Source: a virus | Lineage: Duplodnaviria > Caudoviricetes | IMG/VR virus record: IMGVR_UViG_3300022660_000043 | Length of the DNA stretch: 64,000 bases | Strand: one strand, 5' to 3' | In this document: piece by piece, positions 40,383-54,260 of the stretch | How the letters are laid out: each line of letters starts with the position of its first letter | Numbering within the stretch: position 1 is the stretch's first letter | Notes under the pieces: generated by a model | Databases searched by the model: none | What the model saw: the letters and a program-made list of their open reading frames with translations, nothing else | What the model was told of the DNA's origin: nothing | Position numbers and translations under genes: made by a program

Positions 40383-43300
40383 TTAATCATGATAGAACTC
40401 ATGAAGATAGCCACAGTCAATTTGCTGACCATCTTTAGTATCAATGATTTGTAAGGCATGAAAATCGTTCATGCCGCTATCTCCATCTATCATTACTAAT
40501 AAAGAAAACAAAATGCCATCTACAATTTCTTCTGTTGTTCTAGTGCTCTGCCTAAGCCAGTAGTTCTTTATATCTTTAACCTGATTAATAAATTGTTCTT
40601 GCTTGGTCATATTACTTCTTCCTCTGTAAGTTTTTTACCGCAGTAAGGACAGTATTTAAATTCCTGAGTCAGTTCTTTATCGATAACATTTCCGCTAATC
40701 CAGCCCCAGCCTTCCCAAAGGACTTTCTCCAAAGTCTTTCCACAGCAGATAAATGTCTGCTTAAAGATCTTATCTGGTTTCATCTTGGGGTTTTCTAACG
40801 AAGGCTCTTCAAGCACCTCTAGAATTATCTTATTCATAATTGCTCCTTAAGTTCTTTCATTCTTGCTATAGCTTCAGCCTCAGTCTTAAAACTCTTTTCT
40901 ACTACATAGAAGTTAGTAGAAGGCAGCCACTGCCAACAGATAAGTTCTTCACCTGTTTTAAGCTCCTCCCCATAGACACTATATTGCACCATCTTAAGAG
41001 GCTTACCCTTACGCGCAAAGTATTCTACTACTGCATATCTAGTCTCATAAGGTGCTGAATAGATTACATTAACCTTTGCTGCCCTACGATACTTCTCTTC
41101 AAATACCTCCATAGTAGTAGGTTTCTTAATTCCTGTCATATCAAAGGGCCTCCAATTCATTAAGTACCTGATCAAGCTTAGGTTGAACTACAGCAAGAAG
41201 CTCTTCTTGAAGATTCTCTCCATAAGCCTGCGCGATCTCTTCTAAGGTCTGGAGTTCAGTAATCTCACTCATCAAAGATTCATAGGCTTCTATTTTATAA
41301 AGCAAGCTGGATGCTTGTAAAGCTTTCTCTCTTGTCATATTAAAGTGCCTCTAATTCTGCTCTAAGCTCCGCTCTCTTTTTATCACAGTAATCAGCAATA
41401 AGCTTTGCGAGCTCTTCATCTGTAATTAAAATATTAGACGTCTCATCTGACTTACAAATATAAGCTTTCTTTCTAAAGAGCTTAAATCTCTGATATGGAA
41501 ATGAGCAGATAAAAGCTATCTTATCATAACGGCCAATCTGTGCTTCAAGCTCATTAGCTTTATCTATAGTTTCTTTTTTCATACTTCCTCAAGCTCCTTA
41601 ATCATAATAGGTACAATCTTAAACTCCTCGGTAGGAGCAACCATCTTTCCGGTATAACAATCCCTACCCTTGATATAATGCCAAGCCTGTTCCTCAGCTC
41701 TCTTCTTACTTACATAGATCTGAGCTTCTCTAAGCTGTGAACTAAACTTCTTAAGGCCACAGCTGTATTGGCCATTAGAGTACTTGATTACCCAAAGTCC
41801 TTTATCTGGATTCATATTACTTCTTCTCCTTCATATTAAACTGCAGGGTCTTAAGCTTAGTAGCCACATTCAGAAGATCACGGAAAGCCTGTCCCTCGGA
41901 AGTCTCTGTATAGAGATAATCAATTACCTTATCTAACTCTTTAATAGCCATATCCAGAGCTACTGCATCAGCTCTGGTGACAAAAGGCATAGCCTTATCT
42001 GCTCCAGGTCCCCAAAGAATACAGTTCTCTCCAGGCCAGCCTGCGTAGTAAAGAGTATTAGACATCTTAGTAGGTTTACATTTAATTATATATTGATGCA
42101 TCTTATCTCTCCTTATATTCAATAACAATACAAAGCTGATTATCCTTACCTGTATTTACTGCCTGCCAACTAACTACCTCAAGAGTAGGATTCTCTTTAA
42201 GCCAGTTATTAACCAGGTTATCTGCTGAGATCCAATGCTTAGTATCCTTTACGTAATAGTAATCCGAAACAAAGTGTTTAAATCCTGTTTTCATATAGTC
42301 CTCCAATTTAAAGTACTATAATATAATACAATACAAGAGTATATAAAAATAAAGCCTATAATAAATTTAATTACTATAGACTTTATTATATTAATTCTTT
42401 GACTTGCTTTTCAACATATACTCAAGCCAGTGCTCGTAGCAATCCATGTCATGGGGACACTTATCACAACCATCTGCTGAGTACATACATACAGCGTGAT
42501 AGCATTCAGGTTTAATCATCTATGTTATCCAACCTTTCGTTAAGCTCTCTAGCTTCCTCTTTAGGTATAGCTATTGCTGCCCCCATAACAACTACGAGAA
42601 AAAGAGACATAAGGCCACACAGAAGTCCGGATACAAAGAGTCCAAGAGCAGCCCAACCTGCTGCACTGAGGAAAGCCAAGAAGGCTGAGACAGCTACACT
42701 GAGAAACATAAGAGCAAGAAAGCAAGCGGCCATTTCCGCAAGACCTAGCCCTAAGCATCTAAAAAAGGGTTTCATTTCTTATCCTCCTCTGATCTTACTT
42801 TAGAGATCTTCGACATAACCTGCCAAGAAAGACGGTAGCAGGGAATATCCATGAGACCTGCTTCCTCAAGTCTCTGCGCTTTACGAGAACATCTCTCCTG
42901 TATAAAGTCAAGCTCTTCTTGTGTAAGCTCCAGAGTATAAGTAGGCTCCTTAGCAAGATCTACTCCTAGAAGCTTATATACTTCATTAGTCTTATCCACT
43001 TTAGCTAAGCCCTTTGACATCCACTTATCTACCATAGTAGGATCTTCAAATTTGTTATACATCTTTATCCTCCCCCATTCCCTCACGCAGCTCGAGGATA
43101 AGAGTAAGCACCTCAGCATAGGTAGTACCTCTACCAAGCCAAAAGGCAAAGCCTTCCTCATCTCCAGTACCTTTATAAAAAGTTTCACGTGACTTAGACA
43201 CAGCTTCTTTCTTTTTTAAGATAATAGCAGCAAGCTCATCAGCAAAGTCTTCTTTACCCTTCTTATAAAAAGATTTATAAAAAGCTGCTTCATCAATATT

Positions 43301-46300
43301 CTGCTTATCCATAATTTATTCTCCTATATCAATATATTTTCGTACAGGCCCCTCAATCCAGATCACTTCAATCTGACGCTTCTCCAGAGCCTCATAAATC
43401 TCCGTGTACGAGGGTTCGGCTATGAGGGAGTAATCTTGCTTGGGCTCTTTCTTCTTGGCCACAGGACGAGAATATAGATGCCCTACAGTAAGATTGATAT
43501 GGGTCTTTAAATTACGTCGATCGATTTTCTTATACCTTAGCATTCTGTGCCTCCAACTTCTCTTCGAGGTATGCCTGAATCTTAAGCTTAAGTTCAAAGG
43601 AAGAAAGACCTGCGACTATGAGACCACCTCTGTTTAAGAAGCTGAGGGAGAACTGACCATTGATATCAGTATTCTCAAACCAGCAAATATGCTTCTTATC
43701 TTCCTGAGGTCTGTAGCCATGTTCCCTCTCGTACTTATCCATCTCAGCGTTATGATCGAAGTCTTCCTGAGTATAGATAAGAACCGTGTTGTCATCATTC
43801 TTAGCTGCATGGTAGCTAGGATAGAAAGCCTTGAGGCCGAGAGCCTCGCAGGCTTCTTTGATAGCTGTCTGTTGCTGAGTGTACCTGGGGTCGAGGATAG
43901 TTACTCTGTTTCTGTTGTACATAAGTCCTCCTTAGATTTTGTTCATGTAATAGATTCGAGCGGGTTCGATAGTTTCATGACTTACATCTACTTCCTTGGT
44001 TTCTGTATCATAGACATATGTACACTTCTCTACCGTAGGCAGATAGTAATGGATCTTTCCTTGCTGTGCTACAGCATACTGACAAGCTTCCTTAAGATCT
44101 AAGAACTCAGCATTGAGGACACGATACCCTTCAATATCACATCCGTAGACTTTATAAATAACAGTAGTTGTCATGCCATAAAGTATCCTTTCTTTTTCTC
44201 TTCTTCCCAAGCTGCCTTGGTTGTAGTGTGGGTTGACTTGGATATAGAACCCCAGCAGTTTGTCATGACCTTGACAGTCACAAGATTAGGATACTGAGGA
44301 GAAGTCTTTTCTTCAAGGACCTCAAGAATGTAGTGTTCTAGAAGATTCATTCTTACCCTCCAAGTTCTTAAACCTTTGTTCATTAAGCTTCTCATAAGTC
44401 TGCTGCAGTTCTCGCATAGCCTCAACCTCTTCAACAAGGGCATCGTATTTCTTAGCTTTAAGTTCGAGCTCTTCAATGCGTTCACGATCATCGCTAAACA
44501 TAGAGCCACTAAGCCAGATGTAAGCAGAGAGAAGCAAGATAGCAGCAATCGAGAAGTTAAGTACGCAGAGATAATAGATCGCAAGACCAATACTTATTAA
44601 ACCAACGAGTAATTCAAACCAGTGTTTCTTAATATAAGACATTTTACTTTACCCCCTTATCAGGTCCGAGCTTACGCATACAGGTGTAGTGATTAGGCTC
44701 TGTTTCTATTACATCTGTGATAGCACGGTTCTTGATTTGTTCTACTTCCTTCTCGAGAGCTTTGATTCTTTCTTCATTGTAATTAACATTGGCCATAATA
44801 AGCCAGACCACACAGCTCAAGGTCCAAGCCACTGCCATGAGATCATCTCCCTGCACCATATTAATAATAGCCAGAGCAAGAGCGGCGATACCAAAGAGTA
44901 TGTTCGGCCACTGCGATTTCAAAAACTTCATATATGTTATTCTCCTTTAAGCATTAAGTTTAGTATTACATTTCGGGCAGGAGAGCAAGGGATTAAATTC
45001 CTTAAAGTCCTCGGACCAAAAAGATTCTTCCGGGGTTTGGAAGCCACAGACAGGACACCAGTAGGTGCAGCCTAGGTCATCGTCATTACCCTTGAGTTCC
45101 CAATACTTTTCTTCTGCAGCAGCTTCGATCTTCTTCATCTCGCCTTGGTACTCTGCTATGAGTTCCTTAATCCTCGGGGTTTCCTTACCGCCGGAAAGCT
45201 GGGTCAGCATAGCGAGTTCCTCTTCGATAGCGTTCATTCTGTAAGTCAGCTTCATTCCTCGATCTCCTTTACTTCTGCTATCGAGAGTTGCTGCAGAAAG
45301 AAGTTACAATAATTCATTGCCTTCAGGTCTGCCCTCTCGCGAGCGAGTTCGAATTCTTTCTGTACTATATCCCACAAGGGTTTCTTTTCAACATACTGTT
45401 TCTTCATAGTTACTCCTTTAAACCGAGAGCATCGCAGAGGTTATCGAAAGCATCTGCTGCAGCATTTGAAGAACCAAAGACTACCCTCTCGCTCTTGGTA
45501 TCACCACAAGTGAAAGTAAGATAGATCTCATTGTTCAGGACCTGCGCGGTTCTGATAGTCTCAAGGTTAATAATCTTGTCTTCCTGAATCTCGTAGAACT
45601 TCATTTCAATCCTCCAAATTTCTTTGCTTCATTAATCCGTATTTCAAGTCGGGTAAGCTGATCCTCAAGTTCCTGTCTACGGATATACAGGTCAGAAATC
45701 AGGGCTTCGGCTACCTCTTCTTTGGTAAGGTAGAGCGTAAGGATTTCGTATTGAACCAGGGCCCAGTCGTAATACTCGACTGTTCCACCCTTGAGTTTGT
45801 AACCAATTCGAAAAGCAGCTTTGCGAGAAGGCTGAGCAACCCGTTCCTCATGGAAGGTGATAGAAGTAATTACTACTTCTTTAATTTTATTATTCTGAAT
45901 AGTGTAAGCTACCTGGCCTTTAACCAAAGTCTTTGCTTGTTCGTAAGTGATCATCTCAGTCTTCCTCCCAATACTTAGGATCTCTCAGGCTCTGGCCGAA
46001 GAGGTTGTACCATCTTCCACACTCGCATCTCACTGCTCCGGCGTAGTCCGAGTCAAGAACAACCTCTGCTCCGCAGATACACTTTCCAACTGCCGGCTCG
46101 ATGTAAGACAAGGTTTCTTTTCTGAACTCCGGTTCAGTAAGTCTCTCGTCCTTGAGACAAAGATTATAGTTCTCGATTGCTTCAGGAGGCATCTTATCGA
46201 AAGCCGGTGTTCCGTCTCTGTTAGCCGGGAAGCAGAAGCCACAGTCAGGATCATCCTTATAAAAAAACTCGATGTAATACTCAGTCAGAGTCGAAGGCGT

Positions 46301-46324
46301 TCTCTCTTTGATAATCTTAATCAT
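40383..46324 (-). other. run of ~22 small hypothetical CDSs, including membrane proteins 42512-42775, 44322-44642, 44644-44931
   Basis: continuous tiling with RBSs. Confidence 0.65.
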
Positions 46325-46601
46325 TTTCTTTCTACCCCAATTTCCTTTCTCTCTTCCTCAGACATGGAATCGATAATCATAGGTGTCACTGCACACGCTG
46401 CCATAACCAAGGTTACCAAACCAATAATAATATAAGCTACGATAGTCATTATGTAAGTCCTCCAGAAATATGTAAGTTTCATTCTCTATATATATTATAC
46501 TACATTTCACCAAAAAAGTAAATAGTTAAACTGCACAGACTTTAACTTTTTTTCTATATAAAATGACCGGACTCCCTTTTTGAAATCCGGTCATTTTAAT
46601 A

Positions 46602-47105
46602 TTAGTTATAGTGTGTCTGAATATAGCTCTTCAAAACTAGGTCAAAGACGGGTTCGTCGTCATATAGGATCTGTTGAAGTTCTTCCTCAAGTTCATCCTC
46701 GTCAGTAGGAATGTCAGCTTCAGTTTCCCAGTAATCGAGGGGATCAATAAATGACCTAAAGTGTTTCTGAAACCACGAAAGTACTTCGAAGTTTTCATCT
46801 CCGGTAGTACAGTAGATAACGTCATCATTGTCACAGTCTTCATGAATCGTATCTATCAAGTTCTCAAATTCAATATCGAAATCGGAAGGACTGGTAATTG
46901 CATCTTGGAGAACCTCAAGCTCAGGTTTAGAGAGGTCACACTTTATGAGGTACAACTGACTTACATCATCTGGCCCATATCCGAGGAAGTCAGGAAGGTC
47001 TTTCTCCTTTCAGTGCTTGACAGCATTTTTAAGAGATCTGTCGATATGATATACTGAGTAACTTTCACCTCGATCATATCTATAGTATGTAAGATAAATT
47101 TTCAT
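46602..47105 (-). pseudogene. acidic protein with an in-frame TGA at 47010-47012 (nonsense mutation or readthrough)
   Basis: AAGGAG RBS + MKIYLTY...AVKH*KEKDLPDF...QLYLIKC in one frame. Confidence 0.65.
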
Positions 47106-47160
47106 TATGGGAGTCTCCTTATTAAATTTATTAAGTCTGTATAATTTAGCAATAAAAAAG

Positions 47161-47193
47161 GACGAAGCCGGAGTTAAGCACGCCGGCTTCGTT
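47161..47193 (-). terminator. intrinsic terminator
   Basis: ACGAAGCCGG-N-CCGGCTTCGT followed by U-tract on minus strand. Confidence 0.7.
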
Positions 47194-47512
47194 ATTACTA
47201 CAATCACAATATTCAAAACAAACAAAATAAACTTAAGTTATAGCTACTTCCATTTCATAAGCTCTTGCTCCTCCAAAGCTACTAAAGGTCGGTGGGAATG
47301 TACGGGAACACTAGTTAATATAAATCTAATCTCCTACGTTGCTACTTCATTTTCTTAGCCCCTCCAATGGCACAACAAGTAAGGGTTGATCGGCTCACAT
47401 CAAACATAAGTCTAATAATAATCAATCTCTTAAGTTGCTACGTCATTTTCATAGTCCCTCCTCAAGACCCAAAGAAATTAAACGGTTATGTGGTACCGAA
47501 AAACATGTCAGT

Positions 47513-50500
47513 CTACATACTCATATACTCATCATCTTCGTCTTCCCAATCGTCGTCGGGCAAATCCATATCCCGGCGGCAGAGGAGAAGACCTTCGGGA
47601 ACATCCTCTTCTGTCTCCCTCTCGAACTCTTCTTTTGTTACCTCAGTAATTTCGTACTGACAATCTGCATCAAAGTGAAGAGCGAGGGCGAGGTGAGCGG
47701 GGGGTTTCGTTTTCAAGGGTTGAGGAAACATAGAACTCCCACTCATCATCCTCGTCTTTGATGTTAGTTATCTTAAAGTATTTCATTTTGGATTACCTCA
47801 CTGAATAATAATGTCGTCACCTGCTTCGGAAGCAAGAACTTCTACATAGCTCCAGTCTTCGTCAGTCGCCTTGAGAGTAAGAGTAGCAGAAGGGTCAGCC
47901 TTAGACAAAAGCTCTATAAGCTCTCTCACATTCCTCGCGTCTCCAATATATTTATACTGCATCACTAACCTCCTTGATGATCACATTCGTAAAGTCAGTC
48001 AAACTTCCGACCTCGACGGTTTTGGTTTCGAAGGGAACAATCCCTCTCTTCTTGAGAGCTTTGAGATACAGCTCTCTGCGTTCTTCCGGCGTAAGCTCAG
48101 GCTTAGACATCTCCTACCTCCTTGAGGCTCTCAACCTCTTCCCAAAGATCGGCATAGAGTTCAACATCGAATTGGGGGTTGTTGTAGAAATCAGCGTAAG
48201 TCATTTTGAAATCCTCCGTTTCGTTCGCTTGATTACATTTATATTATACCATAAAACGAAGGATTTGTAAATTGACAAAACAACCAAAGTTTAATTATTT
48301 TTCCGTGTAAATCTTACGAAGGCTCCTCCTCAGTAACCAGATCAGCTTCCTGAAGAGTAATATGAACTTCAACTAAAGTATCATCCGGCGCAGTGTAGTC
48401 GATCTCGTAAAACTCCTCTGCCTCAGAACCATAAACTCTGAGGGACTCAGAGATCAGATCCTTGTCCTCTGCATCCTCAGTGTTCTCATAGATCACAGAG
48501 ATCCACTCATCTTTGCTCTTGGTCAAAGCCTTGAGAGCTTGCTCCCGGTTAATGTAAACTCCATCACTTCCGGCGGAAGCATCAACCGGCATCCCGTCTC
48601 CACCCATAGCTCTGGCCCAACAGATTATATATACCTTTTCCATATTAGTTCTCCTTTTCTCCGATGATATAAAAGTCTCCCTCTCCGAGTTTACCGGAAA
48701 GTTTATTAGAAGCGATCCTTACTGCCTGAGGTCCAGACTCTGCCGTGACAGTAATCTGATATTCCTTACCTCCAGCTTTTCGAAAGCCTATCAACCAAGG
48801 TTTGTATTCCATTTAATCCTCCTCAATAGTAGAATTGATCATAAGCTTTCCGCAATGCGGACAGAACTTAGAATCCGTACTCTGGCCGAAGCAATCGTTC
48901 AGAGCCGAACGACCACAGTTCGAACAAGTGTAGTACAGCCCATCTTCGTGGAATATCCAGAACGCTTCATTTTCGTCCACAGACCGCGTTTCTTCCTTAG
49001 GCAGTAAAGTATCAGGGCCCACGGCTTCGTCTCGTTCTTGGGCGTTTTTGGTAGGCTGTGGCTTAAGCCACAAATCAAGTTCTTTTAACTTTCTGAATTC
49101 AGGCATTTTCAACCTCCTGCAAATTAGCTTCGTTCCACCAGCCGGAAAAGCATTCTACTTTGTATTGGGGTTCTCCTCGATAAACTCTACGGTCTGTTAC
49201 CCTGAGTCCGGGACCACGCGTAGAGTAGACGGGTGTACCACCAAAGGAAGAACTGAACATTTCTCCAAATCGGATATGAACTTTTTGACCTTTCTTAAAC
49301 TTGAAGTCCATATTAACCTCCGTGCATTTTAGCGATCTGGGCAGGGGAAGCAAGGACGAGTCTATCCTCTTCCCACCATCTATTACCCTTGAGTCTGTAG
49401 TAGGTTCCTTGTCGAGCGGTGATCTTAAAGAGCTGTCTATTTGCGGTGTGGGTAATCCATACCCAGTCACCTTTCTTAAACTTAGGCATTTTCAGTCCTC
49501 CAATCTGTGTCGCTTACATTTATATTATACTATATTTGCAAGCGATTGTAAACTGACAAAGTACACGAACTTTTATTATTTTTCCGTGTACTTTGCCAGT
49601 CTAAGCACATCAGTTGTAGGCAGTGAGCCAAGCGCAGATCCTTTTCTTCATATCCCTCTCCTGCTCTCTTGCTGCTTCCTTAGAATCGAAAGCCCACAGG
49701 AAAGTTACGCAGTCAGTGTGGAAGGTATCCACATTCGCCCACTTCTTCTGAACAAAGTCTCTGAGCTCATCCCAAAGTTCTTCATTCTGAGAAACAGCGT
49801 ACAGAGTATCCTGCATATTCTGTGGCCACTCGATCTGCCAACCAAGGTATTCGTTGTGTACTACCATCTTAAGCCTCCTCGTCAGTATAGAAACAACTTG
49901 CATCAGAATCGACTTGAATATCGAAAAAAGTTCCGCCGTTTGCAATGCAGTCATCAATCATACGACTAACTTCCTGCAAGAATTCCTCTTTCGTACCATA
50001 GCACATACCAGAGCCGTTGTCATTAAGCGTCTCAATAGTAAAAGTAAACTCCTCTTCAGGTTCTGCAGGAGCTTCGTATCTTCCGCTGAACACAGACTCA
50101 GGATAAATGGCTTCCTCACCTTCAAGGTAGTAGTGAGGTTTGTTGTCATAGGAAGGAGCAATTCCCGCGATAGTCGCGACTGTACCTCCCTTATCTGCGA
50201 GACCACAAGTAGGGTTCTTAAAAGAAACCTTAAACATTACCTGATCTCCTACTTCGTACTTATGAATAATGTTTCTCATTATGCTACCTCCACATTAGTT
50301 CCAAGACTAGGACCTGCAATCCAAATCATATCAATTTGACCAAGCTTGAGAGCATACTTAAGTTCGTCAAGCATAAAGCCATCAACTACCTGAAAGCTTT
50401 TATCTTCACGATACTTAGCAGCCTTTCTATCTCTAAAATAAAGATTACCATCTGTTCTTTTAGAGAGTCTAGTTACATTTCTCGTAGTTACATTTGTGTA

Positions 50501-52264
50501 AGTAATCATAATTATAACCTCCGTAGTTCCGTTTACATATATATTATACCACAAAATGAAATATTTGTAAATAGGTAAAGCACACAGACTTTAACTTTTT
50601 TTCTGTGTGCTTTACATAAGTATTATTAAATTCGCTGACGAACAGTAATAATCTTGAAAGTCTTACCCATATCTATGGCTCTGAAGATACGGGCATCTCG
50701 GTCAGCTTCCTCAAGCCAGTCATATCTCTTTGCCTTCCTCTTATTACATTCGAAGACTGAAGCTCCAGACTTTCCCTCTCCACAGTAGAAGTACTCGAGA
50801 TCAGGTCTGGTGTCGAGAGTCATCTGAATTACATACTTGGTTACCATCATAAGTCCTCCTTGCTCAGTACCACTGAGACCACATAGCATATTTGAAATCA
50901 GAATTTTTCGGATACTCTCCGGTATACTCCTTATAAAGCTCAGACATTTTGGAAATGAGTTCCTGATTAAGAACTCCAGCGGGCATATTGAGTTCAAAGA
51001 ACTCGTTGTTGTCTCCGAGGTTTCCACCATCGACATACTTGTCCACCTGAATGAGTCTGGCGAACTCCCCACACATGCCATCGTAGATCAGGAGAAGCTT
51101 TCCCTCTCGGTCACTGGTATGGTAGTTATATTCGTCAAGCTCCGGATACTTTTTCTCCAGAGCGTGACATTTCGCAAAACTCTTCAAAGGTTTCTCAAGC
51201 TCCAAGGTGAGACCGGTAAGTACTCTGCACTCTACACTCATCTCAGGTCCTCCCGCAATTAGACCACACCACTTCATTGGTGTCATCATCGTCTTCCGGC
51301 ATAAAGGTTACCTCCACGCACTTGTAGAGTTTGTGGTCGAGGAAGCTGTGGGCAGCACGGATAGCTTCCTCATCAGTCTTCCACGCAGACACTGGTTGAA
51401 GATTGTCTTTGGTTTCCCCGGCAAACAGAATGTAATCAAACTTCTCAGTCTTCATCTTCTACCTCCTCAAAAAGTTCATTGGCTTTTGCCATCTCGGTTA
51501 CTTCATCTTCCGACATCCACTTGAGACACATCAGAACTACGTCTCTGGGATTGAGGATACTCTCGTCGATCATCTCAAGTATCTTGTTTGTGGTTTCGCG
51601 AGAGGGTTTAAGGCCGGCCCTCCAGTGCTTAGGTCTCGTAGTCATCTTTATTCCTCCTCATCTTCTTCATCAAAATCGATCAGGTCTTCAAGATCTTCCT
51701 TACAGGTTACAGGAATAGGGGTTTCACAAGTACCCATTGAGTAATCGTATCTCCAGTCTTCTACATCAGGAAGACCATCTTCGTAGATAGCAGTAAGGAT
51801 ATGGATAGCGACATTGAAAGAGTCATCATCTATCTTATCCTTTGCAAACTGAATAAGAGTATCTTCATCTGTGAGGTCGTCGATATTCTCTCTTGCCCAC
51901 TCAAGAAATTCTTCAAATTCCATACTCTCAAATTGTTCTCTTTTCATTTTCGGCATCATAGTTTTTTCCTCCGTTGTTCTTATTGAGGGCTCAGTTAAAC
52001 ACCAAGCCCCATAGCTTTCAGAATTACGTTATAACAATATGTACAAACATCAAGCTTCGTTCTTTTCCTCAGAAGATTTCGTTTGAACTCAGGAAGCTTC
52101 TTTTTGTTGTAGAAGGCCGGGGTAATCAACTCAAAAATGTTCTGAACGAACTGGTCTCTCGTTACTGTAGGGTCTTCAAACCAAGCATTTATTTTTTGGT
52201 TGCTCTCAAACAGCTCTTTCGAATAGCATCCGTTCTCTCTCGTAAAATCCATAGTAGTCGTCAT
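47513..52264 (-). other. short acidic hypothetical CDSs in class I promoter cassettes (e.g. 47513-47749, 48314-48643, 48813-49087, 49099-49312, 49610-49866, 49869-50279, 50864-51241, 51243-51455, 51445-51645, 51648-51959, 51995-52264)
   Basis: GGAGG RBSs, tiling. Confidence 0.65.
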
Positions 52265-52418
52265 TTTTTTAATCCTCTCTTTTAATTTTATCAGGGCACT
52301 TATTCTTTAACTTACATTTATATTATAACATAAATCGCCAAAAAAGTAAACTGACAAAATAGCCAGAGTTTAACAAATTTTTTGTGCAGTCTGTTAAACT
52401 CTGGCTATTAGTATTTAA

Positions 52419-53720
52419 TTAGAAATCAGCTTCGAGCTTGTCAAATCTGAAATCCTTAAAGATCGGGAAGCGAAGACTAATGCCGCCGTCTGCATTTGTC
52501 GTTTCTTCGAAGTACTGAATCTCAGCAATCTTACCAACGAAGTCGGAAGGCTCAAGCCAGATAAGATCTCTAAGCTTATCGCTGAAGCCGGAACCAACTT
52601 TCACGATGTTACCGTTCTTGTACCTTACGTGAATGGCACCGAGAGTACCGGAGAGTCTGCCGGAACCTTCTTCGAAGCCGACGATCTCAAGGTCAAGAGT
52701 GTTCATCTTCTTCACCTTCATCAGAGACCACGTTCTGGAGAACTCATAGACAGCATCACAGATGTTGATCATCACTCCCTCTTCCTGATTGGCGATAGCT
52801 TCGTCAAGGAATTCAAGGATCTTGGAAGTGTCAGTTCCCACGTAGAGAACAGGCAGCAACTCAAAGTAGGTGGGAGCTTTTGCAGCATAGAAGAACAAAC
52901 CCTCAAGTAGCTCTCTTCTCTGTTTCCAAGTGTGAGTGCACTTCTGGTTCTTCCACTCATCGATGTACATAGCATCGAAGACTTTCATCTTGAGTCCATG
53001 CTTCTCGCCATCGGAACGAGTGATCTTCATTGCTCTCTTGTAGGCTTCCTTACTCGGAATTCCAGAGTCATCAAGGATAGTGATCTCTCCGTCAAGAACG
53101 GTTCCGTCAGGGAAAGTTTCCAGCATCTCCCTCTCCAGATCTACCAGACCCTCGTATCTCTGACCAGCTCTGGTGAAAAATGAAACCTGATCATTTTCGC
53201 GAATAGCAATGATACGACCGCCATCAATCTTGGTAGTGAGGGCAAAGGTCTTACCCTCTACCTTACTGGGCTTCTCAAAGTATTTCTGCGCGAGCTGAAC
53301 CGAGAATGTAGGAATGAGTCCCGGCATTGCAGCGTTAATCGACTTGGCATCGACTCCGATACTCAGATCCTTACAGATAAGCTTCTCAAGAAGAGCAGCA
53401 AGCTCCATGTTATAGGCAGCAACCTGACCGAGAGTTTCCTGACACATCTTGATCGCAGTATCAGTACCGGTATTATGTTTCTCCAACCAGTAGAAGAGAT
53501 CGAAGATAGAATCTGCCGGATACGGGCGAACTCCCTCGGGATGTTTACTCAACTTCTTGGTGCTTAGGCCGTAGACCGCGAAAGGATCGAAGACGATCTT
53601 GAGGTACTTCTGAATGACCTCGTCGTCCTTATACTTCTGCAGAACCTCCTGCTTAAACTTCTTAGAGTTACTTGAGGAGATCTCCTTTACGAATTCATTA
53701 AAATGCTGAAGTGTTCTCAT
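52419..53720 (-). CDS. lig: ATP-dependent DNA ligase
   Basis: KIDG (I), LDGE (III), FD, EGVM (IV), KVK (V), OB-fold VGSGF...SLRFP. Confidence 0.95.
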   Translation of the reverse strand: MRTLQHFNEFVKEISSSNSKKFKQEVLQKYKDDEVIQKYLKIVFDPFAVYGLSTKKLSKHPEGVRPYPADSIFDLFYWLEKHNTGTDTAIKMCQETLGQVAAYNMELAALLEKLICKDLSIGVDAKSINAAMPGLIPTFSVQLAQKYFEKPSKVEGKTFALTTKIDGGRIIAIRENDQVSFFTRAGQRYEGLVDLEREMLETFPDGTVLDGEITILDDSGIPSKEAYKRAMKITRSDGEKHGLKMKVFDAMYIDEWKNQKCTHTWKQRRELLEGLFFYAAKAPTYFELLPVLYVGTDTSKILEFLDEAIANQEEGVMINICDAVYEFSRTWSLMKVKKMNTLDLEIVGFEEGSGRLSGTLGAIHVRYKNGNIVKVGSGFSDKLRDLIWLEPSDFVGKIAEIQYFEETTNADGGISLRFPIFKDFRFDKLEADF

Positions 53721-53920
53721 ACTGCCTCCTTAGATGCGAAAATTAGCGTCACATTCGAACTCTCCAAGAGCTTTATACAACTGCTGAATAAAAGCAATCT
53801 TAGAGTTTAGATTGTTATTAACGATTTTCTTTACCGGACGAACAACTTCCTGATAGAAAGGACACTCGTCTGTTACCAGACACTTGTCACATACACACTT
53901 TCCAGACATATCTCTCCTCC

Positions 53921-54139
53921 TTACTTAATTCTCTTAAATGGATACTGCTCGTACACAAACTCGTTCAGATACTTTCCGACAGACGGAGCAATAATAAGTT
54001 CTTCATATACTTCTTTAGGCACATCATGGAAAGTATAGATTCTTCCATCCTTGTACTCGACGCGAAGACATTCTCCAGCAGTACCAAATTCAAGTCTCTT
54101 AATGTGAGAAGAATTAGGGGCATCAAAAACTTTAATCAT
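53921..54139 (-). CDS. KTSC domain protein
   Basis: SSHI...LRVEY..G..Y....VP...Y..L..APSVGKY. Confidence 0.85.
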   Translation of the reverse strand: MIKVFDAPNSSHIKRLEFGTAGECLRVEYKDGRIYTFHDVPKEVYEELIIAPSVGKYLNEFVYEQYPFKRIK

Positions 54140-54260
54140 ATTATGTATCCTCCATGCTCTTGTTTACATTTATATTATACCATATTTTTCATAATTTGTA
54201 AATAGGTAAAGCAGCCAGAATTTTCCTGATTTAACAAGATTTTTCTGGCTGCTTTACACA

